The notes beneath the pieces are model-generated. The model ran no database searches. It was not told the DNA's origin and saw nothing but the letters and a program-made list of their open reading frames with translations. Below, piece after piece: positions 1 to 12,474 of a DNA stretch of 64,000 bases (position 1 is its first letter; each line of letters begins with the position of its first letter). The translations under genes were made by a program, and so were the position numbers. The stretch comes from Dicyema japonicum (lineage: Eukaryota; Animalia; Dicyemida): contig RDEW01000001.1 of the NCBI GenBank assembly GCA_011109175.1, forward strand, positions 685,182-749,181, written 5' to 3'.

Positions 1-574
1 AAGCATGACACAATAAGGACTGAGAAAATATGGGCAACTCACCTATGCACTATCAGATCTTTTTTGTTTTCTAAGTGTGATGTTGATGATGGTCTAGGAA
101 GCATGACACAATAAGGACTGAGAAAATATGGGCAACTCACCTATGCACTATCAGATCTTTTTTGTTTTCTAAGTGTGATGTTGATGATGGTGAGCTAGCA
201 AATGGAATGACAAAATTAATAATTTGAATGAAAAGATCAACTTAACAAGTCTTCATAAGATCCTCTTCATAGAATTGGACAACCCACACGTCGTCCTTAA
301 GTCGCCGACAGCATGGGTAAAATATTGTGACAACTCACCGTTATCGGCGTTATACACGTATATTCAAGATCTCAATATTTTGGGGGTCACAATTGTTTGT
401 CAAAGAACATGCCAGTTGATCATTTTGTCACTCGGTGTGGATCCAGGCTCTACCATGACTTTTTAGGGATGCATAACGAGGTTGTGAAGAGTCTTAATCT
501 TCTATTATAAGTATGGTATTCTCCACATAAGAAAGTTACGGACTCATAGATGCAATCTGAGATAGACAAAACCA

Positions 575-755
575 GGGTCCAGTGTTGTCCGAACGTCGGT
601 AGTAGCCAAGCACAGTAGACCTGACATTGTGGTACACGATAAGGAGTCTGACCAAGTCCTTATCATAGAAGTAGGCATCATTTCCTAAGACCGTTTGCAG
701 ACTGTGGGGGTAGAGAAAAAAGTAAATATGACATCCTTGCAGCGAGATGGGGCAG
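575..755 (+). mobile_element. Decayed restriction-like endonuclease fragment of an R2/R4/NeSL-type non-LTR retrotransposon
   Basis: From 617 it reads RPDIVVHDKESDQVLIIEVGIIS*DRLQTVGVEK, then after a frameshift KYDILA. This fits the RPD..D..IIEV...EK..KY pattern of RLE domains. Confidence 0.7.
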
Positions 756-758
756 ATC

Positions 759-1100
759 CTAGGTTGTATCTACCGCTTTCCTAATGGAAGAGAGTTTTCC
801 CGTCAGGTCTTTTGTTAGCTGAGGCCAGTCTGAGGGGCTCCAACAGAACGTAAATCCGGTGGTTTCTATTCTACATGCAATTACTTCGTGCCTTATACTC
901 CTTCCAACGCTCCTATGGCAGGAGTGGATGTGAAGCCCTTGAACGTCTACCATCTTTCCACATGTACAACAATGCAGACACGGACTACTATTGTCGTAGA
1001 GTGGTCGGCCAATAACGTAAGTGAAAGTTCTAAGCCAAGCACCGCATTCGTTCGTTGATGCAAAAGCAAAGCATGTTAATGAAAAAAAGATGGAAATTCC
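759..1100 (-). mobile_element. CRE-clade non-LTR retrotransposon fragment (C-terminal zinc-knuckle region)
   Basis: ORF 759-1226 contains CTCGKMVDVQGLHIHSCHRSVGRSIRH, matching the CRE CxCG..VD..G.H...C..S.GR..RH motif. Confidence 0.75.
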
Positions 1101-1866
1101 TAAAAATAGTGCTTCGTTGTAATCGAAAGGTAATAGGTTAGATGAAAATAGTTGGACAGATACATATTTTTCTTTGGTAAAAGTTGACACTAACCGGTGA
1201 TATAACGGAGATCCTACGAAAATCATGTTCTCTTTTTAAGATATTTGTAAATTATGTCGAAATCATAGCCAGTGCTTAGTCGTCCTCCGTGCAGGCAACG
1301 TTAATGACTTTGCACTCTATGATTCCACCTCTACGAATGCATTTGAAGCATAGCTAATGTCGTTACTAAATTATTTTGAGTATTTGGTGGATTAGCAATG
1401 AAATTCTAATTGACATCTGCAAAAAATCTCAACTCCTTATCATAACCCACCACAAGGGTTTCTGAAGGAAATTAATTTTAATACAAACAGGAGTTCCCGG
1501 GAATGTACGAGTCATCATTGAATTGGGGGTGTTTCCCCTATCTGTGGCCGTAACAAAGGTGAGGTCGTAAATATACCACCTGAAAGAGCACTGCTATTTC
1601 CTGGGAAATATGAAATAGCATATCGATATCTGGTAGTTGTCAAATGTGGAATTTCTATCCCAATCCGTTACGCGTATCTAATGGAGCTTTTGAACGATCT
1701 GTGCTAGTAATTTTGTTGTTGTTAAAAGAACCTTGTTACTGTGTACGTAGCTGAGAGTTTGTACCTTCCAATATCCAATCATTACCAGTCGTCCGTCTAT
1801 TTGTGATATCTTTATTAGCCACATATTCCTTATTACCCAGACAGGAAATATAATATTAGTAAAACA

Positions 1867-3897
1867 TCATAAATCATTCATTAACAATTTTATAGACTTT
1901 ACCAATTTATCTGGATTACTGATTTTAACGACACACATTGACTCAACCACCAATCCAGAATCTTCAAATCTTCCAAATCTAAATGTCAGATGTTCTGGAT
2001 CAGTCGATTTCGTGGATATCCTCACTATTTCGGTCAGTCCCTTCGATCTATACAACTGACAATCTCCCCCGTCCATCCTCTTGTGAAAATTTATACATTG
2101 ATTAGTCAAAAACACGAAACTACATAAAGTGGTTACGAAACATCAAACATGTTGATCTCTTCATCAGTGCTAGTTAATTCCCGACAGTCAAAACAGAATC
2201 TGTGATCGGGATTTGACATGAGGGATTCCATCGAACAGATGGGTTCAGAAGTAACACCAAGACTTTCACTGAAGGAAGAATACTGAGATTTTATGAATGA
2301 AAAAAAGGGTGACTTTTTCGACTTGTCGTATGTCTTTTTAACTGTGGATTTAATTTCGTCGAACAGTTTGGTCCCCTGTTACCGTAAAACATGTAAAGTG
2401 ACCTTTTCAATAGTTTCTGATAAAAATTTGGAAGTTTGCGAGTCCATACTTGCGCAGTAAGAACAAAATCTAGGGTTATGGTTCTCTAGTAAGTTCGGTT
2501 CCTCAAAAAAACAATCGTGAATCCCTGAAATAATTGATAACAAACCTCGGTACCCTTCAATCAAGTAACTGACACGTGGATACTTCATATTCAACATTTG
2601 AGATAAAATTGGGTATATTGTGGTGGAAATAAGCTTAGATACCAAAACTGGATCATCACACGTGTAGCCTATTAGACATATATGGTCTTGCCCTGAAGTG
2701 ACCTTAATAAATAACCCTTCTTGCACGTGGTCCTGAACTTGTTCAAGGCCTGGTTAAGCTCGTCCATTATTGATGAAGGTTCATCAAGGAACTGAAGGAT
2801 TAAGAATATAGCTCAACTGCTTCACTGTCCACATGAAATGACCCGACATTATGACCTTTTTCAAAATCCTCAGTAGTCCTACAGTCGATGAAAAAGAACT
2901 TTATCCGCTTTCTGACTGATTCGTCCCGATGATAAGACAGAATATCCCTTACTGATATGGGAATGCATAAGGAAGACACAGATATATCTCCAAAGTGAGG
3001 ACTGCAAGTCCCTCCGTGGAAAATATGAGCGTAAACGTCGCGGAATGTACTTGGGGTACGATTAAGGAAGTAGTTGGCGAACATAATACAGTCATTAACG
3101 TCCTCTTCTTGCATGGACTGTGGATATCGACTTATAAATTCTGTAATTTATGTGAAAATTCAACCATGTGCGTTTTCGTCAGTTAATTCTGTCAGTTTCT
3201 CCCTATTTAAGTGAATTGTATAGTAAACCCCACGCTGGTCAACAGTGCATAAGCAATGAAGATGATAAGGAATGGATCTGGTTGGGAGAACACGTGGGAC
3301 CAAATATTTGCAGTGACAGAATCGCTACAGACGCCTGCGAAGGCTGTGGAAAGCCAACAGGAAGCGATGTTCTCAATTGATACTCTTTTTGACTCCAAAT
3401 TAAAGGAAAGCTGAGGATCATGGTAAATTATCAGGAGTCTGAATAAATTTGAGAGGGATTTTCTGCTGTCAGCCCTAAAAGTAGAAAAAAAAACAAAACT
3501 CAGGGATGAAGTGGTTACAAAAGGACAGGAAGCACCATTGAAGGTCCTCCAGGTCGTGTATGGCACCTTCCTGTCTGAGAATGTAGGCGATTTTTGGTAA
3601 TCTGCGTTCAGAAGAGTAGGCTTCATTTTTGGCAGAACAGTAGAATTCGATAGTGGAAACAAGGAAGCTGTGGATTAGCTGAATGGAAGAGGTTGGGACT
3701 GCTTTCGAGTCCAAAACTGATTGGACGTCCTGTGAGAGATTCCCACTGTCTGATTGTGAACGACTTATTTCAGTATCTTTTGAGTCGATTAATTGAGACA
3801 GATCACTGAGTAGAAAAGCCTAAAGTGTCAAAAGATTTGTTACTTTCCAAGAAGCTGAACGAAGTTTGTCATGACAAGTTTCCTCTGTCTTGCTCAT
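1867..3897 (-). CDS. TBC1D23: TBC1 domain family member 23 (TBC + rhodanese-like + C-terminal PH-like), multi-exon
   Basis: Characteristic segments: FRLLIIYHDPQL, IWSHVFSQPDPFLIIF, TPSTFR, LCIPISVRDIL, FFFIDCRTTEDFEKGH, GQDHICLIG, and EIVRISTKSTDPEHLTFRFG. ATG at 3897. GT-AG introns such as 3820-3843 (24 nt) and 3475-3499 (25 nt) restore the frame. Exons between about 2115 and 2380 were not traced. Confidence 0.93.
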
Positions 3898-4053
3898 TTA
3901 AATTTAAATTATCAACAAATAATATTTCAATTAATTTTTATATTTTTTATTAAAATGACGTATTATTACGTATTATTAAATTGACTTAATTTTCGATTAC
4001 TAATATGTTGTTATTATTACTAATATCGTTCTCGCTAAGGTATCAGCGTCACT

Positions 4054-4126
4054 CACTTTGTTAGATGGTTTACTCCTTTCTTGGTGTTCCTTTTTCGGGT
4101 TTATTAAATAAAATAAAACAAATAAT
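4054..4126 (+). mobile_element. 73-bp 5'-truncated I/Ingi-like LINE 3' UTR insertion with 16-bp target-site duplication
   Basis: Matches the 3' UTR at 17725-17785 (ttactcct..ttcttggtgttcc..cgggt.tattaaataaa). Flanked by aggtatcagcgt(c/t)act at 4038-4053 and 4127-4142. Confidence 0.8.
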
Positions 4127-4699
4127 AGGTATCAGCGTTACTTTAATTTTACTTGCCAGGACCGTCTCAAAACTTTTAATATTAAGGAAGTGTCTATTGA
4201 TGGAGATGGTCAAACTTTACATGGTTGTTTAGCACGGCAATAGGCTGACGATATTGATTTTGTTTGCCAAGACTCAAATAAACTTCTACCTGTAGTTGTT
4301 TCTGAAGACGTGCATACGAAGAGAAGTCAACCAAAAGGGCGAATCCTAAAATTAAGAAACTAGTTGGAGATGTTCTTACTACATTATTAATACAAAAATA
4401 TCGTGTGCATTTTGTCTTGTGGCTATAGTTCTCTCTTATGGATAAAGAAAGAAGAATCCACGAACAAATAAAGTGTGAAGAGAAAGTTTCCAAGATCGAA
4501 AAACACAACACACATACCCAAGAGACTGGATCTGATATGATCTTCGTGCGGTTGGCAATGCACGCAAGTATGGACTTTTCTTCCTCCAGGACAAGAAAAT
4601 ATATCCTCAGAACTGTAAAAATATAGCCCAGCAGAACTTGCAGAGAAACTCTCGAGATTGTTGAATAATATGATAGCTAACTTTCAGAGTTTAGAAAAG

Positions 4700-5745
4700 G
4701 GGTATTAACACCAGTCCAGGAAGAAAATAAACCCACCGGTCCTGTTGCAAACGTGTGTCTTGTCATCCTTTTAAATACCCTGCAAAAGATCCTTGCCTTG
4801 ATCTTACCAAAGCTTTCGACACTGTCCGTCAAGGACAACTCATTAAAGTGCTGGAAAGTTTCCTGGACTCAGTCACCTTAATACGGAACCTCATCAAACA
4901 ATGTTACGAGTGCGTATTGGAAAATGTATGTCGCAAGAAATCATAACAAAGGTGGGCACACCTCAAGAAGACTCCCTCTTTACAGTAAACCTTGAATCTG
5001 CTCTAAGAAATCTCCGGAGTTATTACATCGACGATATTATGGAAATTGTTTACGACAATGATGTCAACTTTTTCTTAAGTAACACAGATGCACTTATACG
5101 TTTTCTGGGGGTAGCACCAACCGGCTGGCTAAAAACGCTTTGAAGACAGATATCGTCAAGATCAAGCGGACGCAGTACCGAGAACTGGAGGAAGACCATA
5201 AAACTTGGCTCGCTTCTTTGGGACTCAGAGACATTGCCAGGAGAAAATTGTTATCTACGGTGACTTGCAAAAGCTTTTGAAAGAGTGGATCCTAAGGCTT
5301 ACAGTCTGGAAATCACTACGACTCAGATTGTGGAGACTTTCGTGAAACCTATCCTTACGTACAACTCTGGAACATAAGGAATCTCGAAAACCGACGGACA
5401 AAAAGTTGACTCCTTTCATATGATTCAACTTTGGTCTCTCTTGGGATTGAAGTGACCAATGCGTGTAAGGAGTGAAACAATATTATTATTATTAAGGAGT
5501 GAAACATTGTACAAAAGATGCTCCTCTGAACCTCTGAGCACCCTGATCGTGAAGATGTGCTGGAAACTGTTTGGTCCCATTGTAAGAATGGAACGAGATA
5601 CGCCAGCGAACATCATCATGGAAGAATTCTTTGAAAGTCCTTAATGGAGATTTGAAAGCAGTAAACAGGGCACTAAAAAACGGAAAAGACTCAGCATTAT
5701 GCGGAGTCTGGCATCGAATAGGAGAAGATGGGAGAAACTAAAATC
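4700..5745 (+). mobile_element. Decayed RTE-clade LINE, RT and C-terminal region
   Basis: LDLTKAFDTV, KVGTPQEDSL, YIDDI, KPILTYNSGT and FGPIVRM appear across frameshifted ORFs. Confidence 0.8.
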
Positions 5746-5789
5746 GAGGATCATTCAAACGTGTCACGAATGGAATATGTATGTTGTTG

Positions 5790-8385
5790 CTTATTATTAT
5801 TAGTAAAGCACTTTCACGAAAGCCATAAAGTAACCTCGCATGTGCAACACTCATAAAACAATATTTATAGTTAATCTTTTCCATCTTCCTCTGTCGAATG
5901 CTAGTGATCTCAATTCGTCCAGGTCGTTCCCCGTCTTTAGATTTTTTCACACAATTTAGATCTTTGTTTAAGGCTGTCGGAAGTGTCAATCTAGGTCGTC
6001 CGCGGAAGGGTTTGTCGCAACTGTCAAAGTAATCTTCCATCGCTTTGTTAGCGGGTGCGTCCGGGTTCATTCTTAATACATGCCCAAATAGCCTCCACTG
6101 GGCATCTATCACATCCTTGCTGATGTACGAACACATACACTTGTTGTAGATACCAGTGGTTGATATTCTACGTGGCCACTCCATTCCGAGTAAGCTTCTT
6201 AGTTGCCTTCTATGGAACGAATCCAGTTTCAATAGTTTGTTGAAGGAACCTCCCCAGGTCCCAGCGTTGTAAAGCCTGCATCTGATGTCAATTCCAAGTC
6301 CTTTGGCTCTTAACCATCCTTTCCTCAGTTTAGCCATTGCTGCATTTGCCAGTGTTTTCCTCCTTAGTACATCTTCAGCGTCTTCTAGTAGAGATCCCAA
6401 GCTTATTATTACATCTCCATCTTTTATGAGTAATATCGTCTTCCTTAATTTCAGTTTTGTTTACATTTACGCTGAGAAACCATTTCTCAAGCACCGCAGG
6501 TGCATTTTCTAGTAGGTGTTGGAGTGTGGTCGCGTCCCGTGATACGAAATCCACATCATCCGCATAAGATGTCTCTTCTATGTCTCCTATATAGCATTTA
6601 CGGAGGTCGCGGAGTGGAGATTTAAGGTATATGGTGAATAGTAAAGGGGAGAAGAAATCACCCTGGGGTGTCCCAATCGATGTTATGAAACTGCGGGAAG
6701 TTGCTCTTTCTGTCCTCACAGATAGTCTTGTGTTTGCAAGTAGTAGTCCGATTATCCTAACCGACGATTTGTCCAATATTTCCTCAAGTACATTCATCAG
6801 TTTCTGTCTGTTTATTGAGCTCTAGAGTTGCGCTCTTGAATCTTTGGTGCGTTGCACAGCGCCATCTATGGCTCCATACAATGTCCGCCGTAGACCTCCC
6901 TTCTCGGAACCCACTTTGACTTGCTGGTGGGTATAGATTCGCCACACCCTTTATCCGGCTCAGTGCAATGTTTGCCAGCACCTTGCGTATCGAGTTCAGA
7001 AGTATTATCGGGCGGAGATGTTCGACTGGTCCTTTTGCTTTGTTCGGTATTTGTATGGGAATTAATAATCCATTTCCTAGATCGGTATTAGTTTCCACTT
7101 CTTCCACTGTGATTGGATTCTTAAGTGTCCTCGGTTCTCCCTGGAAAATTTTCTGTATTCAACAATATTTCAAAGTGTCGTGCAATCAATTCTGCTTTTT
7201 CTTTTGGGTTGCCCACGAATTTTCCTTCTTTGTCTGTGATGTGGAGGACGTTTTGTCCTTTCTTTGTCCACAGCAGCCGCAAACATCCTTGAATTGTCCT
7301 CTAGGCATTCCACATCTTTTAATATGGATGTAATAATTTATCGTGAGTGTTGTCTATTCATCTTTTTGATTTTCCATTTTAGTTCCCTATGTTGGGTTTT
7401 AAGCTCTTTTTAATACTCTCGTCTGACGTGTTTGCTGCTTTTAGCCGTAGCTCTCTGCAATTCTTTGCCATATCTGGCACGTTCGAATCAAATTTAGAGG
7501 CGTGATATCTCGAACTCCAAGGCAAATATCGGCCGACTTGGAGATTGCCTGCTTTGTTTGATCCCACAGAGTTCGTATTGATGATTCCGGTGCGGTTTTC
7601 TCCATGAGAGTCACGATTTGTTTTTGATATTTAGCCCTACAGGTGGGCTCTAACCACAATTTTTCTGTCTGAAAGTATATATTGGGCCTTTGTCTCGCCT
7701 TCTTGCGTTTTCAATATATTTTTTCCCAGTCAAGTGCTTTTTTACAGACAATTCTGCAATAACGATCCTATGGTCGCTGTCAGTTGTTGTCCCCTGGTAG
7801 GAACGTGCATCATTTAGCAGGTGTTCATCAGACTTTTGGCAGATAATGTAGTCGATTTGATTATATATATTCACAGACTCCCCGTCAGATTTTTTTGTTT
7901 GTCCGTGCCATGTCGTCTTGTGGCAAGCTGAGTGCGTGAAGGCCGTTAGTTTCGCAGAAGTTTACCAGATGCATTTCCCTTCCGCGCCCGTGTCTTCCAA
8001 TAGAGGATTCTTTGGGTCCCATTCGCATTCCGGCCTTTGCATTCATATCTCCCGCAACAAAGACAAGAGACGAGGAAGCATTATTAGAGTATGTTCTTGA
8101 TAGTTCTGAGTAGAATTCTCGATCTCACCGGGGTTCTTGATTACTCGTCCGCAGTGTGGTGCATAGACATTTATGACAGCTAATAGACTCTTTTGCATTC
8201 ATATCTCCCGCAACAAAGACAAGAGACGAGGAAGCATTATTAGAGTATGTTCTTGATAGTTCTGAGTAGAATTCTCGATCTCACCGGGGTTCTTGATTAC
8301 TCGTCCGCAGTGTGGTGCATAGACATTTATGACAGCTAATAGACTCTTGGACGGGCTTAGTAAGTTATTATAAAGAAAAAGCACT
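5790..8385 (-). mobile_element. Decayed RTE-clade LINE (APE + RT + C-terminus), about 2.6 kb
   Basis: APE motifs INVYAP and NQIDYII...DSDHR. RT motifs LRPIILLNS, QSGFREGRST, GTPQGDFFSPLLF and SYADDVDF. C-terminal LDSFHRRQLRSLLG and WRLFGHVLRM. (TAA)n-like tail near 5790. Confidence 0.9.
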
Positions 8386-8965
8386 GTAAATTAAGTGATG
8401 GGGAAGTAATATGAAACGGTAGGGCATGTCAACCGACTTCTACCCCGACAGTCTCCCCAAAAAAATCCGTAAACACAGGGTCATCTCTGAAGATATGTGC
8501 CAGATACTTTAGTGCGATTTTTGAAATCTCGAATAAGATTTTCGATAGTTCCGCCAACCTTGCACATTTTTCCTTCCAACCATGGGGGAATTGGCATACG
8601 AGGACTTTTCCCGTAAGCAAGCTTTAGAGCAAAATTTCGCGTTTTCTCAAATTTCTTGAGGATAGAGTCTATCTTTTTCAAATCGTACCATCCTTCTAAA
8701 CCGTATAACATTGCAGGCAGTATTGCAGTGTTGAAGACATAAACAAAGCTTTAATTTTTTAACGCAGTAAAAAGCGTTTCGTTCAGTAGTTGTTCCATGT
8801 CTCATCGCGTCCATTTTCGATTTTCGTCTCTTGTAGACAGCCAATAGATATTTTGTATTTCTCGAGATCATCACAAAGTACTTTCCTTGTCCAACCTTTC
8901 GATATTCCACGTACGTTAACGTCATTAGCCTGAGTTCTCGATTGTATAAGTGTTTTTCAGACATT
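8372..8965 (-). mobile_element. Decayed I/Jockey-group LINE 3' fragment
   Basis: ILPAMLYGLEGWY is homologous to IIPALFYGLEGWY at about 13.8 kb. It ends in PIT* at the shared ATCACTTAA motif (8389-8403). Confidence 0.6.
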
Positions 8966-9462
8966 TTTCTTAACTGTTATCTAATTAAGAAACAAGACAC
9001 GTCACCACCTCACCAAAAAATATTATTATTAAAGTTGGTTATTATTATTGCTTCCAGTAAACTCTTAGACTAAGGAACAATTTTCATTGAATTTGGCAAT
9101 TCTCTTCTCCACGTTCTCCCTCCAAAAGATTTGTTTTGCTTCTTTGTCATATTCTCATATGCGCATTGTGCAGCATAAGTAATGTCAGTAATTCAAGTCC
9201 GTTGGCGGAGATGATGACAAGTAATTTGATATCAATGCATTTAAAATAGACATCCTTTTTAAGCAACTTATATGGAATCTTTTGTGTAGGTTTCCTTCCA
9301 TCTCGGGGAACTGATTTAACTCTCAATTTGAACATAAAATTCTTCTTTGCATCTTTCATACATGGAAATTTCTGTAAGCTGTTCTCTGAGCTAATAAACA
9401 ATATATAAATAAAAATATTAAATTTAAATAAAACATTAAATAAATTATTTAATTTACCATTA

Positions 9463-10501
9463 ATGGTGGATAAACTCAGCGATAACTTTCGTGATAAACT
9501 GAAACTGCTCTTCACTGTCAATGCAAATAAGAACCCTCACACTCAACCAGGGAGAATCTATACCCTTGTTTGGAGTCCCAATGGGGATTCTATTGCCTTC
9601 AACTCATCAGACAAGTCAATTGTGATCGCCAAAGTGGAACAAAACAAAATCGTAGCCTTATTGCTTAATTAGAGACCACCTCAAAAGTTCTCGCTGGACA
9701 TACTGACGAGGTCATTCAACTACAATTTTGCCCAGTCAACGACCAAGTGATCCTATCTGCCTCATACGACAAGAGTATTAGATTGTGGGACCTCAAGACA
9801 GCCTCGGTCTTAGCCAAGGTCAAAGGTTGATACTTTAACTAATTTTAGTGGACTGCAGTCACTTCGACTGGTCCTTGGATGCGAAAGAGATCGCTGCAGT
9901 AGGCAGAGATTCCGTGATTTATTTTCTTGACGGAAAAAACCTTAAAATCCTAAAGAAAATGCCTTTAAAAATGGACATTAAGGGAATAAAATGGGGGACC
10001 GATCAGTCTCTTATATACATTATAACTGGTGAAAGTTCTATCCTCATTATAAGGTATTATCAGTGTATAATGTCAGTCACCTTCAACAGAAGGTTATTCT
10101 TACTCTGAATGCCCACACAGCGAGTTGTCAGTGCTTGGAATTCGATAGAACAGGAAGATTCTTTGCTGTGGGTAGTTCAGATGCCACTGTGAGTGTGTGG
10201 ACTACAAAGGAACACATATGCTTGTACAGTCAGTTGCGATTAGATTGGCCTGTCCGTTCTTTGGGGTTCAGTTTTGATGGTAATGTGTTGGCGGCTAGTT
10301 CTGAGGAGGACTCTAATATTGATGTCTCAATGACATGTAATGGTTTTGGTTGTGTTTATTTAAGGAACTTGTCTGTTTTTGATTGCTTCCAAGCATTGCC
10401 AGTTGTTAGAGTGGAGTCCTTGTTCCTATATGCTGTGTTGTGTATGTGAAGATGTCGATAAGAATGTTAGTACTATTAAACTTTATGGGAAAGCCGATTA
10501 G
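9463..10501 (+). CDS. THOC3: THO complex subunit 3 (TEX1-like WD40 protein), 5 exons
   Basis: Motifs VLAGHTDEV, SASYDKSIRLWD, LNAHTASCQCLEFDRTGRFFAVGSSDATVSVW, RLDWPVRSLGFSFDG and TIKLYG. Introns 9652-9674, 9826-9848, 10054-10076 and 10343-10364 (22-23 nt) give one continuous frame. Confidence 0.94.
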
Positions 10502-12474
10502 TTTGACTTTTTGTCAATTTGTATTCTTTTTTATTTCTTTTTATTAAGACTATGGTCATCAGAGATATCAATCTTAGACATCACAAATTAGATCATTGGT
10601 TCCAACAAAGATGATTGGCCGCATTTCTATACAAATCGAGTTTAGAATTAAAAGATAATAACAACTATTTGTGCCCTCAGAATTTTTCCTGACGAATTGA
10701 AGGTAATGAATAAGACTTCTTTTTTAATACGTTTGATACACTGGATGTCCCTTGAATTTGATTCTCCTCATTATTGACTTGGCTATAAAGATACGACCAT
10801 GAAAGTAAATAGTTAACTCTGTTATCCCTATACACCCTTATATTGATGTCCCCAGCTTAACATTGTCAATTTTATTTGAATGATTCAATAAATTAATATA
10901 CAAACAAACAAAAATAGTACTGCGTTGATTGAAAAATTAAAATATTCCTGTTGGTGAGGAAAGAAATGGTGACACTTGTTATTGGAACCATCAATGTGAT
11001 CAAGAAATCAGCAATCCAAGAGATGCACTGTAAGTACAAAAATAACTATGGAATTCCGACATCACATTAACCTATATGATGAGTAAGAAGTAAAATAATT
11101 TGAGTATCTGCGAAAAGGGGGACATCAGAGTGGATTTTACTAAAGAATCCCAAATCTAAACAGTTAAGGGTCACATTAACAATGATTTAATAAAAATACT
11201 AATAATCACATTACTATGCTTATTATGAAGAGGTTAATTATAGGGTTTCCCCATCAGTAGCCTCACTTTCTACTCATTAACATTGGGATAAAGGAAAATA
11301 TATTTTTTGATAAAATAACATCTTAGAACTCATAATAGGTCGGATTTTAAGCATCCTAAAGACCAAGAGAAAGAGCTGTTTCAGGATCTTTTACCTCTAT
11401 TGCTGTGGGGTCATCAGAACCAGAAATTGCATCAATGACTAATATTAAAAAAAATATTATTTCAGAATAAAAATTTAGTGACGCTATTTGTCGGGAAACT
11501 CTATATTTTACAAGGCAATAATTTTCTCATGTGAGAGATACAAAAAAGGTTTATAAACACTTCTTCAAAAAAATATTAAATGAACCTGAGCGCCAATAGT
11601 GTATAAAAATTATATAACAACGGAGGAACATTCATAAACCAGGATTAATAAAATCAACAGGCCTACCCACAGAATCGACTGATAAACCATATTTTCTTGG
11701 CAAACGAATTCCAAAAAAAAACCTGAGAAAAGTACGTTATAAAACTTTCAGGTAATAATAACAAAGTTAAGCAAAATCTCTCATGTTCTGAATATAAACT
11801 CATATTGGATTAAATGGATGGTAACATTCACATAAAATTTCTGGATTTCGACATGAATAAAAATTGTTAACTGTTGAAAGCATTATGACACGTCATACTC
11901 ACATTGATGACTCTAGTATCTCAAAGAGGTTCAATGTCCTAAATACAACAACTTATTTGAAGACATGAGGTCTTGGTAGGAACTAATAATATGAATATGT
12001 ACTCACATGTATCATCGGACTGAACTACAAAGACAGAGGACAGAAACAAACGAATCCTCAAGGAAATTTGGGAAACTAGGTTTGTCGTATAAAACACGAA
12101 AAATAAGAAAATGTTGTCGACAATTACAAAAATAAATAGGATTTTGTAAAGTTAACGATAGAATGCAAAATACTATGCATAATCCCAAATTAATATTGAT
12201 TTGTTTTATTGAAGGAATCTTCCGACCATCATGGACTTTAATCAAAAGACTATATTCTTTATCCAAAATCAGGAAATAATTGAAGGTAACTCTATAAAAT
12301 TGGTGGAAACCTTTTGGACATCTTCTACACTTTAACATTACAATCCCGACTGACTACATGATAAAAATTACTCTAAAATATCGAAACAAATTAAAAATGA
12401 ATGATTGTACATCCAAAAATAAAAATGAAATTGTTAACCCGGAGGAGTTAAATAATCAACGTCACAGTCCATTG

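Noticed and set aside
1-191. CRISPR-like or functional repeat array
   Set aside because: Only two contiguous 98-bp copies with no spacers, in a eukaryotic context. The same applies to the other duplications.
1450-1850. Cadherin-repeat remnant (VTATDRGNTPNS on the minus strand)
   Set aside because: A single short motif amid stops, with no DxNDN or LDxE motifs.
9147-9521. Gene head-to-head with THOC3
   Set aside because: The ORF crosses the AT-rich promoter, has no recognisable domain, and no consistent tiny-intron model emerged.
10740-11720. Mitochondrial insertion (rrnL-like CTGTTATCCCTA at about 10818; FFFGIRLPRKYG resembling cox1 GMPRRY)
   Set aside because: Flanking rrnL motifs and their spacing do not match, no HPEVY or other cox1 motifs were found, and there is no long open frame even with TGA read as Trp.
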